Positions 61,270 to 64,000 of a stretch of 64,000 bases of DNA are shown one piece after another; position 1 is the stretch's first letter; each line of letters opens with the position of its first letter. This DNA is from Eledone cirrhosa (taxonomy: Eukaryota). The stretch spans positions 244,652,001 through 244,716,000 of the forward strand of contig OZ024742.1 in NCBI GenBank assembly GCA_964016885.1, given 5' to 3'. The position numbers and the translations under genes were made by a program. A model generated the notes under the pieces. It saw nothing but the letters and a program-made list of their open reading frames with translations. It ran no database searches and was not told the DNA's origin.

Positions 61270-61680
61270 TATCAAAGATCAATTTCCTCAAACGGGTTAA
61301 TATCCTCAGTTATGGAGCCGGCTGGCTTATCCAGAAGTGATGGGAAGAGACCAGACGGTCTTACCCTTTGTCTCTGGGTGAGAGGTAGGTGCCTCCTCTG
61401 GGATGTCACAGTCAGCGACTCTTTTGTCCCCTCCCACATCATGGACTCCGCAGTGAATGTTGGGGTCACTGCTTCCGTTGCCGAATGGAATAAAATTCAG
61501 AAATACCAACCAGGACTTATCAAACAATTATTTTTCTAGCCAGTGGCATTCGAGCCGTCCGGTGGAGTTGGGCCGCTGACAGCGAAGTTCTTGTCTTCAC
61601 TGGTGGCTCGCCTAACTGAGGCGTCAGGTGATGCCCATGAAGGTGCCTTAGCCTTGCCATCACCCGTGGTAGATGTTTCA
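61270..61680 (+). mobile_element. CRE-like RLE endonuclease domain remnant (family B)
   Basis: EPAGLSRSDGKRPDGLTLCLWVRGRCLLWDVTVSDSF...AEWNKIQKY: a PD-(D/E)xK RLE motif typical of CRE-clade elements. Confidence 0.85.
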
Positions 61681-62099
61681 GATTATCACACTTGGTGGTG
61701 AATTCCCCCCTCCTTTTTTTTTCCTTCCCCTTTCTTTCCTTTATCATTTTTGTTCATGAATTTATATTATTGTGTTATTATACACGGTTTAGACATATTT
61801 GTCCTTTTGAACGAATTGTGAGCAATTCTTGGTGTTATTTATGCATTTGTTATGTTATTTATAAATATATTTAAAACATATTTGCAATGTTATTCTACTG
61901 TTTATTGACTACAAGGAAGTGATAATATAGGTGGCTGAGTCAAGTCAGTACAAGACAACCAGCTGAGACGTTGCAAGTTATATCCTGTTAACATTGCTCT
62001 ATTTTATTTGTAGCAAAAATACTTAAGTTCAGCTAACTTGTTTAACATCAGGTCATCCTGACTGCGAAGACTAAAGACTGATGATCAAAGGTGTTTCAA

Positions 62100-62395
62100 C
62101 CATAGACTTCTGGTGTCCTTGACTCTAGGACCATCTCCCTATTCACCACCATCAGCACAGTGTTGGCTACCCGCAGGTGTGAGCTTTGCAAGCTGGAATG
62201 GCTCTTCCAGCGTGTCTCCCTCGCCATCCTCCAGAGAAATTCCTTCTCTATTCTGTCCACTGGAGCTGCGGAGTGGCATCACGTGGGCCCTCATTTGCTC
62301 ATAAAAGTGAGAGATGGAGAGAGCGGGAGGGACAGAGGCAGTAACAGTGGGAGTTTGGTTCCATTATGTTTGGACCTGGTGTATATGTATATATT
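62100..62395 (+). mobile_element. CRE-like family A 3' end
   Basis: KLEWLFQRVSLAILQRNSFSIL. Confidence 0.75.
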
Positions 62396-63496
62396 TATTA
62401 ACCACACACATTAACTGTATTTATATCAATTAGTATGTCACTTCTAGCATTTGACTATAAAGTAGATGTGTTAGAGATAGTGCATATTGGAGTAAGAATG
62501 GTCACTATTTTAGGTATCTGTAGTTGTAAGGATTCTTTTTCCCAGTAGAGGGTTGTTTTTCTTCACATTTGATTGATTTGATGGCACTAATACAAGTATG
62601 TTTTAAACTCCCACTGTTTATATGGGATGGTCTGACAACAAAATCAGGATCAACAATATCCAATGTATCCTTCTTTATGTAAGACAGTAGTAGAGTAGGA
62701 TTTGAGGCAAATTCAGGTGCTATTTCTAGCAGATTGAGTGACTGTGTAGATATCCTTAACTCTAAGTAGATATTGTAAGTGGTATAATTTATTGTAACAC
62801 TGATTGAGTGATTCATTAGATTGTAGTGCTGAGATCAAATCTTCCTTTGGGAAAAGTTATAAGCAATAAATCATAATCTTATTCAAAGGGAGTTATCATT
62901 TATCTGTTTAACACTATAGAAACCAAGAATAAACACTTGCACTCTATGAATTTTTGTGATTTAGGAATGATTTTATTAACCCCCCCCTCCCCTATAAGGA
63001 ACATGTTTGCCCAATACTATAATACTACTTGAATATCAGGTTGATATATGAGTGGCACACACATAGACATTCTCATCCACATTCAAAAGCTTTCATCATC
63101 ATCATTATCGTTCAACTGCATTAGCAGCCGGTCTCATTCCCTCAATTGCAGTTTTCATTATTAGTTCTGATCTTGTTCTTAGGTAATTAGCCCTGGTCAT
63201 TGGTGGGATTTGAATCCCTAAGTTCTATTTGAACTCAGAAAGTAATGTGCCAGAATAGATCCTGCAAGATATCTTGTCCAATGCTCTAACAATTCTGCCA
63301 ATTTACCACACTGTACTGGTATTTTGCCTGTCATCCTTTCAGGTTCAATAAAGTAAAATTGACTTCAGTGGGATTTGAACTCAGAGCACAAAAAGTCATA
63401 TTCTGCCCAAATTCACTACGCCAAAAGCTTTTACTCACTAATTACAACCACTTCTCCACCAATTTGCTGTATATTCTTCTGTGGATTAAGCTTTAA

Positions 63497-63688
63497 CCCT
63501 TTAGCCTTTACATTACTCTATATTTACTATTATATGTTCATGGTAAAAGCTTTATCTCACTTATCAAAATCTATGAGATTTTGATGAAAACAATACCTTA
63601 ACATCAGTATGAGCCTGCTAGTTACAACTGGTTTGAACAGAGAGAGGTGAGAGAACTTTGTCCAGCTATGGCCGGTTTAAGTGCTTAA
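63497..63688. mobile_element. piggyBac-like MITE
   Basis: TTAA|CCCTTTAGCC left end; family interior. Confidence 0.75.
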
Positions 63689-64000
63689 GTAATATACACA
63701 TCTGCCTAGAACTCCAAAGGAAGGGAAGCACCACAAGTATCTTTCCAATGCTTGATTTACCATTGTGCAAAATAAGTTTTATTTTAGTGTTGAAAATTTA
63801 CATTTTTCCTATTGCGTTTCATCATCATCATTGTTTAATGTCAGTTTTCCCCTGCTAGTAAAGGTAGGACATGTCATCACAAACCAGTCAATAGAGCCTC
63901 TGACCTCTAGGTGGACTAGAGGCCCTATATTCAATCCTATGCTCTAATGTCTTTGGCATAACTGAAGAATCTTGCCTACCCTTTGTATGGCAGGTTTTCT

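Overview
This is AT-rich animal (eukaryotic) DNA, mostly intronic or intergenic and dominated by transposable elements. The mix of tRNA-derived SINEs, RTE LINEs with (GAT)n tails and dense microsatellites resembles an octopus or other coleoid cephalopod genome (inference). No complete host gene is recognisable; there are only a few candidate spliced exons, the best at 21073-21180 (+). Recognisable elements: (1) an RTE-clade LINE family whose RT carries an inserted C4HC3 PHD finger (intact 3' half at 27055-28602) plus many truncated copies; (2) a second Expander/Rex3-like RTE family; (3) CRE-like and R4/Dong-like restriction-like-endonuclease retrotransposon remnants; (4) at least three tRNA-SINE families; (5) two non-autonomous Helitrons; (6) piggyBac-like and hAT-like MITEs; (7) a mariner made of two inverted 5' halves. 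The most unusual signals are mechanistic. A SINE is co-inserted with an inverted copy of adjacent DNA inside one 15-bp target-site duplication. Minisatellites (48-bp and 44-bp units) arise from retrotransposon ends. Several long fold-back hairpins are present. A CpG-retaining domain at about 36-45 kb lies between CpG-depleted domains. All family assignments come from motif recognition by eye, not database searches.
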